Positions 63,191 to 64,000 of a stretch of 64,000 bases of DNA are shown here, in pieces. Origin of the DNA: Neoechinorhynchus agilis (lineage: Eukaryota > Animalia > Acanthocephala); NCBI GenBank assembly GCA_051530055.1, contig CM121341.1:14114784-14178783 (forward strand), read 5' to 3'. Position numbers and translations under genes: made by a program. The notes under the pieces were generated by a model that saw only the letters and a list, made by a program, of their open reading frames with translations, searched no databases and had not been told where the DNA came from. Positions within the stretch are counted from its first letter, which is position 1, and the number at the start of each line of letters is the position of its first letter.

Positions 63191-64000
63191 AACATTGACA
63201 AATGCATATATTTTGAAAGAATGACAAACGTTTTACATACTGGCGAACTGCTCACCAAGTAGAGGTGCACTTTTATTGCTCATCTACTTTTTTGAATTAC
63301 AGTTCTTTCAAAAAAATTGAACTTAAAGATTGCCACTAATCGGCTCCTTTTCAATATCCGTAAATTATTTTTCATTCTCTCTTGCATTCGTATGTATCTA
63401 AGCGAAAACAACCCATAATTTTTCTTTTAGATATTCTCAAATGGATTCCTTAATATGTGCAATAGTAGTTATGCGACTAAAACATACAGGTTTTTAGTTT
63501 ATTGATTAAGAGAAGGGGAGTTCGCAAAGGAGAAAACGCAAGTCATAAACTTTTGCGTTTTTATCTTTGAAGTAACGTCCTCTGAAATGATTAAATGCAG
63601 TTTATTGTCTAAAAATCAGGTAACAAACCTACTTATAGGTGCTAAACTGTTTTGTGTATAACTGATTCGATTCATATAACATAAAGCAATTCAACGAAAA
63701 AGGATATGTGTTGTTGGTATGCTTTTGACTACTTTACTCTTAAAACTATGGAAAAGTTAAGTTTCAATGTATGGTTAGTTTCATTTTTAGACACCTTAGG
63801 CAGCATCATTCACAGGTAATTCGAATTCACAATCTGCATCAGTTTTCAAATTCGAAATTTTTCCATGACCAGCGAGACGATATAGTCGGTTTACCACCCT
63901 CATAATAAGTCTACCTCGATCGAAAGTGAAATAAAGTGCACAATGGTTCATGAGTGAGTTAAAATATTAAAATTGAATCTATGATTCGCAATTTCATTTG

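Noticed and set aside
63790-63815. 25-nt AG...GT micro-exon as the continuation of the GH31 gene
   Set aside because: No convincing GH31 C-terminal similarity.

Overview
This is AT-rich, TE-dense animal (invertebrate-like) nuclear DNA with short GT-AG introns (48-69 nt, one of about 100 nt). Apparently intact host genes: a filamin (one 7.6-kb exon plus one 67-nt intron, minus strand), a 3-LIM-only protein, a laminin-type-EGF gene fragment, a type II membrane protein ending in EGF and an RGD motif, a divergent CUT-class homeobox gene, and a small type I membrane glycoprotein. Disrupted host genes: a divergent FoxO-derived forkhead gene (present twice in a rearranged inverted duplication), an SLC17-type transporter and a GH31 alpha-glucosidase. 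Retroelements include one full-length RTE with a 13-bp TSD, a CR1/Jockey-like LINE ending in about 140 ATT units, a near-complete Penelope-like element (PLE), many PLE remnants, six CRE-clade fragments and Ty3/gypsy scraps. The most notable unannotated signal is about ten minimal type I hammerhead-ribozyme motifs from several PLE families, whose stem III is typically a short palindrome (ACGU, AUAU, AAUU) that can only form by dimerisation. A recurrent 55-nt pseudoknot-forming motif also occurs twice at element junctions. No CRISPR array, rRNA or convincing tRNA was seen. All family calls come from motif recognition by eye; no database search was run.
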